Of a DNA stretch of 64,000 nucleotides, positions 11,309 through 23,945 are shown one piece after another (position 1 is the first letter of the stretch; each line of letters opens with the position of its first letter). The notes under the pieces are model-generated. The model worked only from the letters and a program-made list of their open reading frames with translations, was not told the DNA's origin and searched no databases. Both the position numbers and the translations under genes were made by a program. Source of the stretch: Octopus vulgaris (taxonomy: Eukaryota); NCBI GenBank assembly GCA_951406725.2, contig OX597833.1, positions 4,588,001 to 4,652,000 on the forward strand, written 5' to 3'.

Positions 11309-11417
11309 GTATGTCCTTGCCCTTCGCTGCCCTTCACTTACCATCGGATATTTTAGGATAATATGTTGTGCTTGGGAAGACCTGTTGAATCAAGGGAAAT
11401 CGTTGGTGTTGCCAATG

Positions 11418-14400
11418 CCAGTGCTGCCTGACTGGCACCTCTCCTGGTGGCACGTAAAAAGTACCATTCGAGTGTGGTTGTTACCAGTGCTGCCTGACTG
11501 GCACCTCTCCTGGTGGCACATAAAAAGTACCATTCGAGTGTGGTTGTTCCCAGTGCTGCCTGACTGGCACCTCTCCTGGTGGCACGTAAAAAGTACCATT
11601 CGAGTGTGGTTGTTACCAGTGCTGCCTGACTGGCACCTGTGCTGGTGGCACGTAAAAAGTACCATTCGAGTGTGGTTGTTACCAGTGCTGCCTGACTGGC
11701 ACCTGTGCTGGTGGCTCATAAAAAGTACCATTCGAGTGTGGTTGTTACCAGTGCTGCCTGACTGGCACCAGTGCTGGTGGCACATAAAAAGTACCATTCG
11801 AGTGTGGTTGTTACCAGTGCTGCCTGACTGGCACCTGTGCTGGTGGCACATAAAAAGTACCATTCGAGTGTGGTTGTTACCAGTGCTGCCTGACTGGCAC
11901 CTCTCCTGGTGGCACGTAAAAAGTACCATTCGAGTGTGGTTGTTACCAGTGCTGCCTGACTGGCACCTCTCCTGGTGGCACGTAAAAAGTACCATTCGAG
12001 TGTGGTTGTTACCAGTGCTGCCTGACTGGCACCTCTCCTGGTGGCACGTAAAAAGTACCATTCGAGTGTGGTTGTTCCCAGTGCTGCCTGACTGGCACCT
12101 CTCCTGGTGGCACGTAAAAAGTACCATTCGAGTGTGTTTGTTACCAGTGCTGCCTGACTGGCACCTGTGCTGGTGGCACGTAAAAAGTACCATTCGAGTG
12201 TGGTTGTTACCAGTGCTGCCTGACTGGCACCTGTGCTGGTGGCACATAAAAAGTACCATTCGAGTGTGGTTGTTACCAGTGCTGCCTGACTGGCACCTGT
12301 GCTGGTGGCACATAAAAAGTACCATTCGAGTGTGGTTGTTACCAGTGCTGCCTGACTGGCACCTGTGCTGGTGGCACGTAAAAAGTACCATTCGAGTGTG
12401 GTTGTTACCAGTGCTGCCTGACTGGCACCAGTGCTGGTGGCACATAAAAAGTACCATTCGAGTGTGGTTGTTACCAGTGCTGCCTGACTGGCACCAGTGC
12501 TGGTGGCACATAAAAAGTACCATTCGAGTGTGGTTGTTACCAGTGCTGCCTGACTGGCACCTGTGCTGGTGGCACATAAAAAGTACCATTCGAGTGTGGT
12601 TGTTACCAGTGCTGCCTGACTGGCACCAGTGCTGGTGGCACATAAAAAGTACCATTCGAGTGTGGTTGTTACCAGTGCTGCCTGACTGGCACCAGTGCTG
12701 GTGGCACATAAAAAGTACCATTCGAGTGTGGTTGTTACCAGTGCTGCCTGACTGGCACCTGTGCTGGTGGCACATAAAAAGTACCATTCGAGTGTGGTTG
12801 TTACCAGTGCTGCCTGACTGGCACCTGTGCTGGTGGCACATAAAAAGTACCATTCGAGTGTGGTTGTTACCAGTGCTGCCTGACTGGCACCAGTGCTGGT
12901 GGCACATAAAAAGTACCATTCGAGTGTGGTTGTTACCAGTGCTGCCTGACTGGCACCAGTGCTGGTGGCACATAAAAAGTACCATTCGAGTGTGGTTGTT
13001 ACCAGTGCTGCCTGACTGGCACCTGTGCTGGTGGCACATAAAAAGTACCATTCGAGTGTGGTTGTTACCAGTGCTGCCTGACTGGCACCAGTGCTGGTGG
13101 CACATAAAAAGTACCATTCGAGTGTGGTTGTTACCAGTGCTGCCTGACTGGCACCAGTGCTGGTGGCACATAAAAAGTACCATTCGAGTGTGGTTGTTAC
13201 CAGTGCTGCCTGACTGGCACCAGTGCTGGTGGCACATAAAAAGTACCATTCGAGTGTGGTTGTTACCAGTGCTGCCTGACTGGCACCAGTGCTGGTGGCA
13301 CATAAAAAGTACCATTCGAGTGTGGTTGTTACCAGTGCTGCCTGACTGGCACCAGTGCTGGTGGCACATAAAAAGTACCATTCGAGTGTGGTTGTTACCA
13401 GTGCTGCCTGACTGGCACCAGTGCTGGTGGCATGTAAAAAGTACCATTCGAGTGTGGTTGTTACCAGTGCTGCCTGACTGGCACCTGTGCTGGTGGTTCA
13501 CATAAAAAGTGCACCATTCGAGTGTGGTTGTTACCAGTGCTGCCTGACTGGCACCAGTGCTGGTGGCACATAAAAAGTACCATTCGAGTGTGGTTGTTAC
13601 CAGTGCTGCCTGACTGGCACCTGTGCTGGTGGCACATAAAAAGTACCATTCGAGTGTGGTTGTTACCAGTGCTGCCTGACTGGCACCTGTGCTGGTGGCA
13701 CATAAAAAGTACCATTCGAGTGTGGTTGTTACCAGTGCTGCCTGACTGGCACCTGTGCTGGTGGCACATAAAAAGTACCATTCGAGTGTGGTTGTTACCA
13801 GTGCTGCCTGACTGGCACCTCTGCTGGTGGCACATAAAAAGTACCATTCGAGTGTGGTTGTTACCAGTGCTGCCTGACTGGCACCTGTGCTGGTGGCACA
13901 TAAAAAGTACCATTCGAGTGTGGTTGTTACCAGTGCTGCCTGACTGGCACCTGTGCTGGTGGCACATAAAAAGTACCATTCGAGTGTGGTTGTTACCAGT
14001 GCTGCCTGACTGGCACCTGTGCTGGTGGCACATAAAAAGTACCATTCGAGTGTGGTTGTTACCAGTGCTGCCTGACTGGCACCTGTGCTGGTGGCACATA
14101 AAAGTACCATTCGAGTGTGGTTGTTACCAGTGCTGCCTGACTGGCACCAGTGCTGGTGGCACATAAAAAGTACCATTCGAGTGTGGTTGTTACCAGTGCT
14201 GCCTGACTGGCACCTGTGCTGGTGGCACATAAAAAGTACCATTCGAGTGTGGTTGTTACCAGTGCTGCCTGACTGGCACCTGTGCTGGTGGCACATAAAA
14301 AGTACCATTCGAGTGTGGTTGTTACCAGTGCTGCCTGACTGGCACCTGTGCTGGTGGCACATAAAAAGTACCATTCGAGTGTGGTTGTTACCAGTGCTGC

Positions 14401-17085
14401 CTGACTGGCACCTGTGCTGGTGGCACATAAAAAGTACCATTCGAGTGTGGTTGTTACCAGTGCTGCCTGACTGGCACCTGTGCTGGTGGCACATAAAAAG
14501 TACCATTCGAGTGTGGTTGTTACCAGTGCTGCCTGACTGGCACCTGTGCTGGTGGCACATAAGTACCATTCGAGTGTGGTTGTTACCAGTGCTGCCTGAC
14601 TGGCACCAGTGCTGGTGGCACATAAAAAGTACCATTCGAGTGTGGTTGTTACCAGTGCTGCCTGACTGGCACCTGTGCTGGTGGCACATAAAAAGTACCA
14701 TTCGAGTGTGGTTGTTACCAGTGCTGCCTGACTGGCACCTGTGCTGGTGGCACATAAAAGTACCATTCGAGTGTGGTTGTTACCAGTGCTGCCTGACTGG
14801 CACCTGTGCTGGTGGCACATAAAAAGTACCATTCGAGTGTGGTTGTTACCAGTGCTGCCTGACTGGCACCTGTGCTGGTGGCACATAAAAAGTACCATTC
14901 GAGTGTGGTTGTTACCAGTGCTGCCTGACTGGCACCTGTGCTGGTGGCACATAAAAAGTACCATTCGAGTGTGGTTGTTACCAGTGCTGCCTGACTGGCA
15001 CCTGTGCTGGTGGCACATAAAAAGTACCATTCGAGTGTGGTTGTTACCAGTGCTGCCTGACTGGCACCTGTGCTGGTGGTTCATAAAAAGTACCATTCGA
15101 GTGTGGTTGTTACCAGTGCTGCCTGACTGGCACCTGTGCTGGTGGCACATAAAAAGTACCATTCGAGTGTGGTTGTTACCAGTGCTGCCTGACTGGCACC
15201 TGTGCTGGTGGCACATAAAAAGTACCATTCGAGTGTGGTTGTTACCAGTGCTGCCTGACTGGCACCTGTGCTGGTGGCACATAAAAAGTACCTTCGAGTG
15301 TGGTTGTTACCAGTGCTGCCTGACTGGCACCTGTGCTGGTGGTTCATAAAAAGTACCATTCGAGTGTGGTTGTTACCAGTGCTGCCTGACTGGCACCTGT
15401 GCTGGTGGCATGTAAAAGTACCATTCGAGTGTGGTTGTTACCAGTGGCACCTGCTGCACTAAAAAGTACTGAGCACTGCCTGACTGGCACCTGTGCTGGT
15501 GGCACATAAAAAGTACCATTCGAGTGTGGTTGTTACCAGTGCTGCCTGACTGGCACCTGTGCTGGTGGCACATAAAAAGTACCATTCGAGTGTGGTTGTT
15601 ACCAGTGCTGCCTGACTGGCACCTGTGCTGGTGGTTCATAAAAAGTACCATTCGAGTGTGGTTGTTACCAGTGCTGCCTGACTGGCACCTGTGCTGGTGG
15701 AACATAAAAATTACCATTCGAGTGTGGTTGTTACCAGTGCTGCCTGACTGGCACCTGTGCTGGTGGCACATAAAAAGTACCATTCGAGTGTGGTTGTTAC
15801 CAGTGCTGCCTGACTGGCACCAGTGCTGGTGGCACATAAAAAGTACCATTCGAGTGTGGTTGTTACCAGTGCTGCCTGACTGGCACCAGTGCTGGTGGCA
15901 CATAAAAAGTACCATTCGAGTGTGGTTGTTACCAGTGCTGCCTGACTGGCACCTGTGCTGGTGGCACATAAAAAGTACCATTCGAGTGTGGTTGTTACCA
16001 GTGCTGCCTGACTGGCACCTGTGCTGGTGGCTCATAAAAAGTACCATTCGAGTGTGGTTGTTACCAGTGCTGCCTGACTGGCACCTGTGCTGGTGGCACA
16101 TAAAAAGTACCATTCGAGTGTGGTTGTTACCAGTGCTGCCTGACTGGCACCTGTGCTGGTGGCACATAAAAAGTACCATTCGAGTGTGGTTGTTACCAGT
16201 GCTGCCTGACTGGCACCTGTGCTGGTGGCACAAAAAGTACCATTCGAGTGTGGTTGTTACCAGTGCTGCCTGACTGGCACCTGTGCTGGTGGCATGTAAA
16301 AAGTACCATTCGAGTGTGGTTGTTACCAGTGCTGCCTGACTGGCACCTGTGCTGGTGGTTCATAAAAAGTACCATTCGAGTGTGGTTGTTACCAGTGCTG
16401 TCTGACTGGCACCTGTGCTGGTGGCACATAAAAGTACCATTCGAGTGTGGTTGTTACCAGTGCTGCCTGACTGGCACCTGTGCTGGTGGTTCATAAAAAG
16501 TACCATTCGAGTGTGGTTGTTACCAGTGCTGTCTGACTGGCACCTGTGCTGGTGGCACATAAACCATTGGTGGTTGTTACCAGTGCTGCCTGACTGGCAC
16601 CTGTGCTGGTGGTTCATAAAAAGTACCATTCGAGTGTGGTTGTTACCAGTGCTGCCTGACTGGCACCTGTGCTGGTGGCACATAAAAGTACCATTCGAGT
16701 GTGGTTGTTACCAGTGCTGCCTGCTGGCACCTGTGCTGGTGGCACATAAAAAGTACCATTCGAGTGTGGTTGTTACCAGTGCTGCCTGACTGGCACCAGT
16801 GTTGGTGGCACATAAAAAGTACCTTTCGAGTGTGGTTGTTGCCAGTGCTGCCTGACTGGCACCAGTGCTGGTGGCACATAAAAAGTACCATTCGAGTGTG
16901 GTTGTTACCAGTGCTGCCTGACTGGCACCTGTGCTGGTGGCACATAAAAAGTACCATTCGAGTGTGGTTGTTACCAGTGCTGCCTGACTGGCACCTGTGC
17001 TGGTGGCTCATAAAAAGTACCTTTCGAGTGTGGTTGTTACCAGTGCTGCCTGATTGGCTCTTGTGCTGGTGGCATGTAGAAAGCA
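11418..17085 (+). repeat. 66-bp minisatellite array, ~86 copies, in LSM3 intron 3
   Basis: Unit ccagtgctgcctgactggcacctgtgctggtggcacataaaaagtaccattcgagtgtggttgtta. 22-aa periodicity in the ORF track. Runs directly into RTE 3'UTR sequence at 17085-17209. Confidence 0.98.
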
Positions 17086-17497
17086 TCCACTACACTCTTG
17101 GAGTGGTTGGCATTAGGAAGGGCATCCAGCTGTAGAAACACTACCAGACCAGACTGGAGACTGGTGCAGCCTTCTGGCTTGCCAGCCCTCAGTTCAACCG
17201 TCCAACCCAATTCAATCGAATCTGTGCGTGTGTGTTTATATACAGTAGTACCTCGGTTTTTGAACAACTCTGATCTCAAATAAATTATGCTTTATATATA
17301 TATGTGTGTGTGTGTGTGTAGAACGTTGAAAAGGAACACACGAGTTGATATATATGGAAAAAAAAGTCAAGGTAGAATATGCTAAAATAATATAATAAAA
17401 TTCATTTCAGTACCTGTTTCAGTCATTGAGACTTTTTGAACTGTAATTATGAAAGATAATTAAATTTTGGAAAAAAATTTTTAAAGAATATTTGCAT

Positions 17498-17895
17498 AGG
17501 CGCAGGAGTGTGGTAAGTAGTTTGATTACCAACCACATGGTTCCGGGTTCAGTCCCACTGCGTGGCATCTTGGGCAAGTGTCTTCTGCTATAGCCCCGGG
17601 CCGACCAATGTCTTGTGAGTGGATTTGGTAGACGGAAACTGAAACTGAAAGAAGCCTGTCGTATATATGTGTATATATATATATGTATGTGTGTGTGTTT
17701 GTGTGTCTGTGTTTGTCTCCCTAGCATTGCTTGACAACCGATGCTGGTGTGTTTACATCCCCGTCACTTAGCCGTTCGGCAAAAGAGACTGATAGAATAA
17801 GTACTGGGCTTACAAAGAATAAGTCCCTGGGTCGATTTGCTCGACTAAAGGCGGTGCTCCAGCATGGCCGCAGTCAAATGAAACAAGTAAAAGAG
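17498..17895 (+). mobile_element. SINE family A, full length
   Basis: ggcgcaggagtg head and the same body and tail as 4212-4602. Confidence 0.85.
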
Positions 17896-18111
17896 TATAG
17901 TGTTCAAATACAAGGGGCATTTTCCTTGTTTCTGCCTATATATGTATAGATAGATATAGATATTATAAAGCACGATTTATTCATGATTAGGGACGTTTGT
18001 AAACCAAGGTCCTACTGTATTAAATGAATATGAGAAAGACAGGAGATAAAGTACGATTTATTCATGATCAAAGTTGTTCGAAAACTGAGGTTCTACTCTG
18101 TGTGTGTGTAT

Positions 18112-18628
18112 GACCGCTGGACTGACTCCTGTGCAGGTGGCAAGTGAAGAAACACCATTTCGACCCTGTGCTTGAGGAGATCCATTGAGTCAAGTACACC
18201 GACATCAAAATCAATGGAAACTGCAGTTGTGATCCCTGAGCCGGTGGAACGTAAACAGCACCATCTGAAGGTGGCCGATGCCAGCGCCGCCTAAACTGGC
18301 TTCCGTGCCGGTGGCACGTAAAAAGCGCTATCCGAATCGTGTCCGATACCAGCGTCGCCTCGACTGGCTTCCGTGCTGGTGGCACATAAAAAGCACCATC
18401 CGAATTGTGGCCGATGCCAGCCTCGCCTGGCACCTGTGCAGGTGGCACATAAAAAGCACCCACTACACTCGCGGAGTGGTTGGCGTTAGGAAGGGCATCC
18501 AGCTGTAGAAACATTGCCAGATAAGACTGGAGCCTGGTGCAGCTTTCTGGCTTCCCAGATCCCCGGTCGAACCGTCCAATCCATGCTAGCATGGAGAACG
18601 GACGTTAAACGATGATGATGACGATGAT
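18112..18628 (+). mobile_element. RTE 3'UTR fragment with diverged minisatellite units
   Basis: Same unit family plus the RTE tail and (GAT)n. Confidence 0.8.
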
Positions 18629-18737
18629 AAATAAATAATATTTTAGTGTTGATGGTTTTTAAATGAAGAAATCTTGTTTTCTACTCTCATGGTAGAAACA
18701 TTTAACATTCTAAATAATAATTTATTTTTCTTTTCAG

Positions 18738-18821
18738 TCAACGAAGAGAAACATTGCCATGTTGTTTGTGAGAGGAGATGGAGTTATTCTTGTATCACCT
18801 CCAATGCGAACAGGAACTTGA
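18738..18821 (+). CDS. LSM3: LSM3 exon 4 (to stop)
   Basis: ttttcag acceptor. [27 protein letters not shown] contains the Sm2 motif. Confidence 0.97.
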   Translation, partial: STKRNIAMLFVRGDGVILVSPPMRTGT

Positions 18822-19101
18822 ACGCAAATTTAGACCAATTTCCAAAAAAAAAAAAAGAAACAGAAAAAAAAACAACTACCATAAGTAATACAAAATTTAA
18901 GAAAAATACATTTTTATTTTTTCATTTTCATTTTTATTTTATTTTTCCATTTTTAAAATGATTCATTCTTATTTTTTTTTAAAGAAAAATGAAACTGAGA
19001 GAGTGAACTCTTGGTGGAATTTTTTTGTTATTCTTTAAGACTATTCAAAGAAATAGTTGAAGTCTGCTCAATGCAGCATCTGAAGAACGCAGAAACAGTC
19101 C

Positions 19102-19107
19102 AATAAA
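19102..19107 (+). terminator. Likely LSM3 polyadenylation signal
   Basis: AATAAA ~280 nt after the stop, followed by T/GT-rich sequence. Confidence 0.5.
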
Positions 19108-19469
19108 AGAGAAAAAACGCTTGTTTTGATGGCTTTAATAGTCTTTGTATCAACTTCCATTTTTTTTTTTTTGTTGTTGTCATTAACTTTTTTGATGCCA
19201 ACCACCTCTGAGATTGTCTCAGGTTCTACAATACAAACTTCCTGCTTTAAAGTAATCTAAATTAACCCTTTAGCATTTAATCCAGCCATATCCGGCCAAA
19301 ATATTCTGCTTGTTTTATTTTCAAACTGGCCATATTCCGCCTCTCACACTTAGCCTACAATGTTATTCTAAAATTAAACAATCATGTCATTGAAGTCTCA
19401 CAGCTACAAAGTAATGTGTGACGAATTCAAATAAATGGGAATAAAAATGCAATATATTTGACAAATACA

Positions 19470-19896
19470 CAGATGCTGTGAAACAGAAGTTCAGTGAAAC
19501 CTTTCCAAATCCTGTTGTTCCATATCGTGACAGTGTGTGAGGGATTTGATAAGAAAATTTAGAAACACAGGCTCAGTAGAAGACACAGCAAGATGCGGTA
19601 GGTCTACTGTTCTTTCAGACGAAACACTCTGCATTTTTTCTGATAAACTGTTGGCAAACCCATCAAAGTCCTTATGCAAATTGTCACAGGAAAAGAAATT
19701 CAGCCTAGGAAGTGCTCACACAGCAGTAAAAAGAAAATTAAATTTTATGTATTGAAAATGAAGGGCGAAATTTTCTACACCTCTTATAGCGTTTTTTGAA
19801 GTCTCGTAAAGTCTAATTCTTTTGTAGTCTAATACCATCTTTTAAATATATATATTGCAATAAAATACTGCGGGGAGACTTTTGGAGCTCCCTGTA
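19470..19896 (+). mobile_element. Tc1/mariner-superfamily relic (HTH N-terminus plus right TIR)
   Basis: VRDLIRKFRNTGSVEDTARCGRS...LANPSKSLCKLSQE resembles a DUF4817-type transposase HTH. Ends ...ccctgTA. Confidence 0.7.
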
Positions 19897-20665
19897 TAAG
19901 TCTGCTTTAACCTTGCACTGCATCAGTTAAGATGATAGGGGTTCCAGTTGATCCGTTAAACAAAACCACCTGCTCATGAAATTAGCATGCAAGTGGTTGA
20001 GCACACCTCAAACATGCATGGCCCTTAGTGTAGTTCTCGGGGTTGAGGGGAATTCAGCATGATACAGAGGGACAAGGCTGGCCCTTTTGAAAGACAGGTA
20101 TTACTCGTTATTTAAGGCGGCAAAATGCTTTGCAGTATTTCGTCTGCCTCTATGTTCTGAGTTCAAATTCCGCCAAGGTCGACTTTGCCTTTCATCCTTT
20201 CAGGGTCGATAAATTAAGCACCAGTTACGCACTTAATACCTATGTCTGTCCTTGTTTAGCCTCTTGTGGGTAATAAAGAAATAGGTATTACTCGTTATTG
20301 CCAGGTGAGAGGAATGGGAAATAAAGTAATGGTTTATAATGCCTAGGGTTAAAAATCTTTTGGGTGGAAAACCACAGAAACAGTTTTCTATTCAAGTCTG
20401 TGTTGAGTAACTTTTTCACGAACGCCTGATAAATGTTTCATGCAGAATTGCAAGTGCTGTATGGAAAACCAAGAATTTGTCACCTAAGAAGGTGACTAAG
20501 TGACTGAATCAACACAGCATCATGAGTTAGAGTGTTTTGTGGTATTTGCTTCAAATCCCTGCATTCTGAGTTCAAGTCCTGTTGAGTTCAACTTTAACTT
20601 TTATTCTTTCACAGGCGTTAAAATAGAGTACTAGACTTGGATAGTGGATCAGAGATTGGTTAGAG

Positions 20666-20866
20666 CAGTGGTTTTCAACCAGGGTTCCGCCACTACAGTC
20701 CAGGGGTTACGCAAGAAGTTACAAAACTGCTAAAATCGGCAGTAATTTTTAAGTCTCCTGTGCAGATATGTGTGCATAAAACTATTAAATTATTTCACAG
20801 GGGTTCCTCGAGCCAGTGGAATGTTACCTTGGGGTTCCACTCCAGCAAAAAGTTTGAAAAGCACTG
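20666..20866. mobile_element. hAT MITE, reverse copy of 7771-7972
   Basis: CAGTG TIRs, TSD ggttagag/ggttatag. Confidence 0.88.
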
Positions 20867-21507
20867 GGTTATAGTGTAAGGTGAGATGTTTTATAGCATG
20901 CATTCCTGCTCAGATCTCCTAAGAACAATATAAAATGATTTTTAAAAGATGGTGATGCTTCTACCAGGAGTTGTGACCATGCCAGAGAAACCAAAAGACA
21001 ACACAGTTTCTTTGATTCAATCTGAAGATCTGCTGGCAGGACACGTCTTAAATTTCAACCGTAGTCCTTGAACCTACAATCCATGAAATACTCATGAAGT
21101 TATGTCAAGGGAGATAACTAAAACTGATTATCATCTAAATAACTGGGAAGTGGGGAATACTCAGAGACGTGTTCTGCGTGAAAATTTGATAGTAAAGAAT
21201 TCTTAATGGAGTCACTGGACTGTGGCCAAGCTGGGGCTCTATCTTGAAGGATTTAGTCTATCGAATCGCCCTGAGTACTTTTTTTTTGCACTGACCCATG
21301 TAAGTTTTGAGGATGTAAACGAACAAACACCAGTTGTCACAGTGCATATATACACACACCTAAGGGGATTCCACACAGTTTCCACGTATGAAATTCGCTC
21401 ACAAATCATTGGTCAGTCCAAGGCTTTGACTGGAAGACACACAAGGTGCTGTGCAGTGGGACTGAACCTGAAACTATGACTACAAAACAGACTTCCTAAC
21501 CTCGCAC

Positions 21508-21803
21508 TCCTGGCACATAGAAAGCACCATCCGAATGTAGCCCATGCCAGCGCCGTCCTTACTGGCTTCTGTGCCAGTGGCACGTAAAAAGCACCAACCG
21601 ATGATGGCCGTTGCTAGCCTCGCCTGGTACATAAAAAGCACCCACTACACTCTCGGAGTGGTTGGCGTTAGGCAGGGCATCCAACTGTAAAAACACTGCC
21701 AGATCAGACTGGAGCCTGGTGCAGCCTTCTGACTTCCTAGACCCCGGTCGAACTGTCCAACCCATGCTAGCATGGAAAACAGATGTTAAACGATGATGAT
21801 GAT
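21508..21803 (+). mobile_element. RTE 3'UTR fragment
   Basis: Unit plus tail plus (GAT)n. Confidence 0.75.
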
Positions 21804-22194
21804 ATATATATTGGTTTTAGATTTTTGCCCAAAGCCTGCAAGTTCAGGACAGGGGCTAAGTCGATTACATCAACCCCAGTGCTCAACTGTTACTTTATCT
21901 CCTCTGCCTTTCAATTCTCAGTATTTAAGCTATGCATAGTATTGCTGTAGTACACATGCTGCGTACACTCCTACAACAACGTTTTCTTTATGTGCTATAA
22001 AGGCAGAAAGAAATCTGCCTTCAACTCAGTCAAATGCCTGTTTTTCATTTATTTTTCGTTTTTTATACTACACAAAGGTCACCAATAGCCTACCATCCAT
22101 ATATATATATATAGTTATAGTAGTAAGGTGTCAAGCTGGCAGAATTGTTAGCATGTGGGGAAAAATGCTTTCTGGCATGTCACAAAGCATATAT

Positions 22195-22610
22195 CATTAT
22201 CATCATCATCATCATCGTTTAATGTCCGCTTTCCATGCTGGCATGGGCTGCACGATTTTACTGAGGGCTGGCGAACCAGATGGCTGCGCTGTGCAAGGTT
22301 CCAATCTGATCAGGCAGAGTTTCTACAGCTGGATGCCCTTCCTAACGTCAACCACTCCGAGAGTGTAGTGGATGCTTTTACGTGCCACTGGCATGAGGGC
22401 CAGTCACGCGGTGCTGGCAACGGCCACGCTCAAATGGTGCTTTTTATGTGCCACCTGCACAGGAGCCAGTGCAGTGGCACTGGCAACGACCTCACTCAAA
22501 TGTTTTTTCATGTACCACCAGCACAAGTGCTAGTAAGGCGATGCAGCTAACGATTACACTCAAATGGTGTTTTTAATGTGCCATCGGCTCGGAGGCCAGC
22601 TTGTTGCTCT
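22195..22610 (-). mobile_element. RTE 3'UTR fragment
   Basis: (CAT)n-cgtttaatgtccgctttccatgc start and several diverged units. Confidence 0.75.
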
Positions 22611-22674
22611 GGTCCATATATATATATATATAGAGAGAGAGAGTTATAGTATATATATATATATATATATCCCA

Positions 22675-23945
22675 CAGCATAGCAGAATTCACATGAAAGT
22701 GTGTATTTTCCAAGCGCTCATCCAGAACCTCCTTCTCTATGGGTGCAAACCCTGACCAGTGAGAGCTGAAGATCTCTGAAAACTCAGAGTCTTTGACTAC
22801 AACTGCCCATGTCAAACTCTGTGTGTTGGCCCTTTGGGCTTCGTTTCAAACCTCAAAATACAACAATGCTGCTGCATCAATTCTTTGAAACAAATTCTGT
22901 TCACAAGATGTGTAAAGCAGCTTGGCCATACATTCTATCAGCCTCCAGGGAAATTTATTCACAAAGTGATCAACCTGGTTCTCCTCAAAGGTTGGCATAA
23001 ATGAGCTGAAGACATAGCTGGCAACAGTAAAGGTGGATATGGAAGCACAATTGGGCCCATTGAGATAAGCCTTTAACAGTCCTTCCCATGCCTTACCCCG
23101 CTTCCTTTTTCAACAGTTTCCTCTCCTCAAATCTCTCAGTACTTCTTTACCCAACCCTTCCTGTCATCTTCCATGCATGTAACATGTCCACACCGGTTTA
23201 ATCGTTTCTCTGATTCTTCAGGGAGGAAGTAATACTCTCCACTCTGAGGGCATGAAAGTGGTTATGTGTGAAACTTCAAAAGCAGGTTTGTGTACCTTAA
23301 GTATTGTGTAATGATCACATTTAATGTTGCCAGTCTAGGGCTGAATGAAATGTGACCATTATAAAGATCACATCTATGGGGCTATCTTTCGGTACAAGTA
23401 CCATAACTGCCAAGTCTGTTTGTTTACATTTGAAGAAGAAGATCGTCACTTTCCGTAAAGTTTTTTTTTTTACATATGGGGCGTTAGGGTTATGGGTGGG
23501 GGAAAGGGTTTCTTTTTTCTTCAGAAATGTAAACAAACCCACGTGGGTTTATAATTGGCAGTTATGGTACTTAGGCGTTGAGCTGGCAGAAACGTTAGCA
23601 CGCTGGACGAAATGCGTAGCCGTATTTCGTCTGCCGTTATGATCTGGGTTCAAATTCCGCCGAGGTCGACTTTGCCTTTCATCCTTTCGGGGTCAATAAA
23701 TGAAGTACCAGTTACACACTGGGGTCGATGTAATCAACTTAATCCATTTAGCCCCTTGTGGGTAGTAAAGAAATAGGTACTTGTACCGAAAGATCGCCCA
23801 TCTATGGTTTTCAGCAGTGGATCCAGGAGTGGGTATCCATTACAGCCTTCACTGCAGCTGACCGTAAGATGTGGACAGCATTCTTGGAGGACATTATGAA
23901 CTCATTCGTCAGAACCACCCCAAACTACCCTAAATGAATGCCTCT
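22675..23945 (+). mobile_element. Old RTE-like LINE 3' region interrupted by younger insertions
   Basis: MKVCIFQALIQNLLLYGC..LRVFD at the 5' end and AADRKMWTAFLEDI at the 3' end. Confidence 0.5.
23380..23798. mobile_element. GG-TIR MITE (Merlin/MULE-like) with a SINE B inserted in its right TIR
   Basis: TIR ggctatctttcggtacaagtaccataactgccaa and 9-bp TSD CATCTATGG. The SINE at 23573-23775 is flanked by a ggtactt duplication. Confidence 0.82.

Noticed and set aside
11418-17085. CRISPR-like array
   Set aside because: No unique spacers, eukaryotic intron context and no cas genes.
11277-17135. Long ORFs (742 aa, 1121 aa etc.) with 22-aa Trp- or Cys/His-rich repeats
   Set aside because: They are products of a 66-bp stop-poor unit, open on both strands, broken by indels, inside LSM3 intron 3 and derived from a LINE 3'UTR.
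19080-19100. CTGAAGA-acgca-GAAACAGTC in the LSM3 3'UTR
   Set aside because: No stem II or stem I; chance match to the hammerhead core words.
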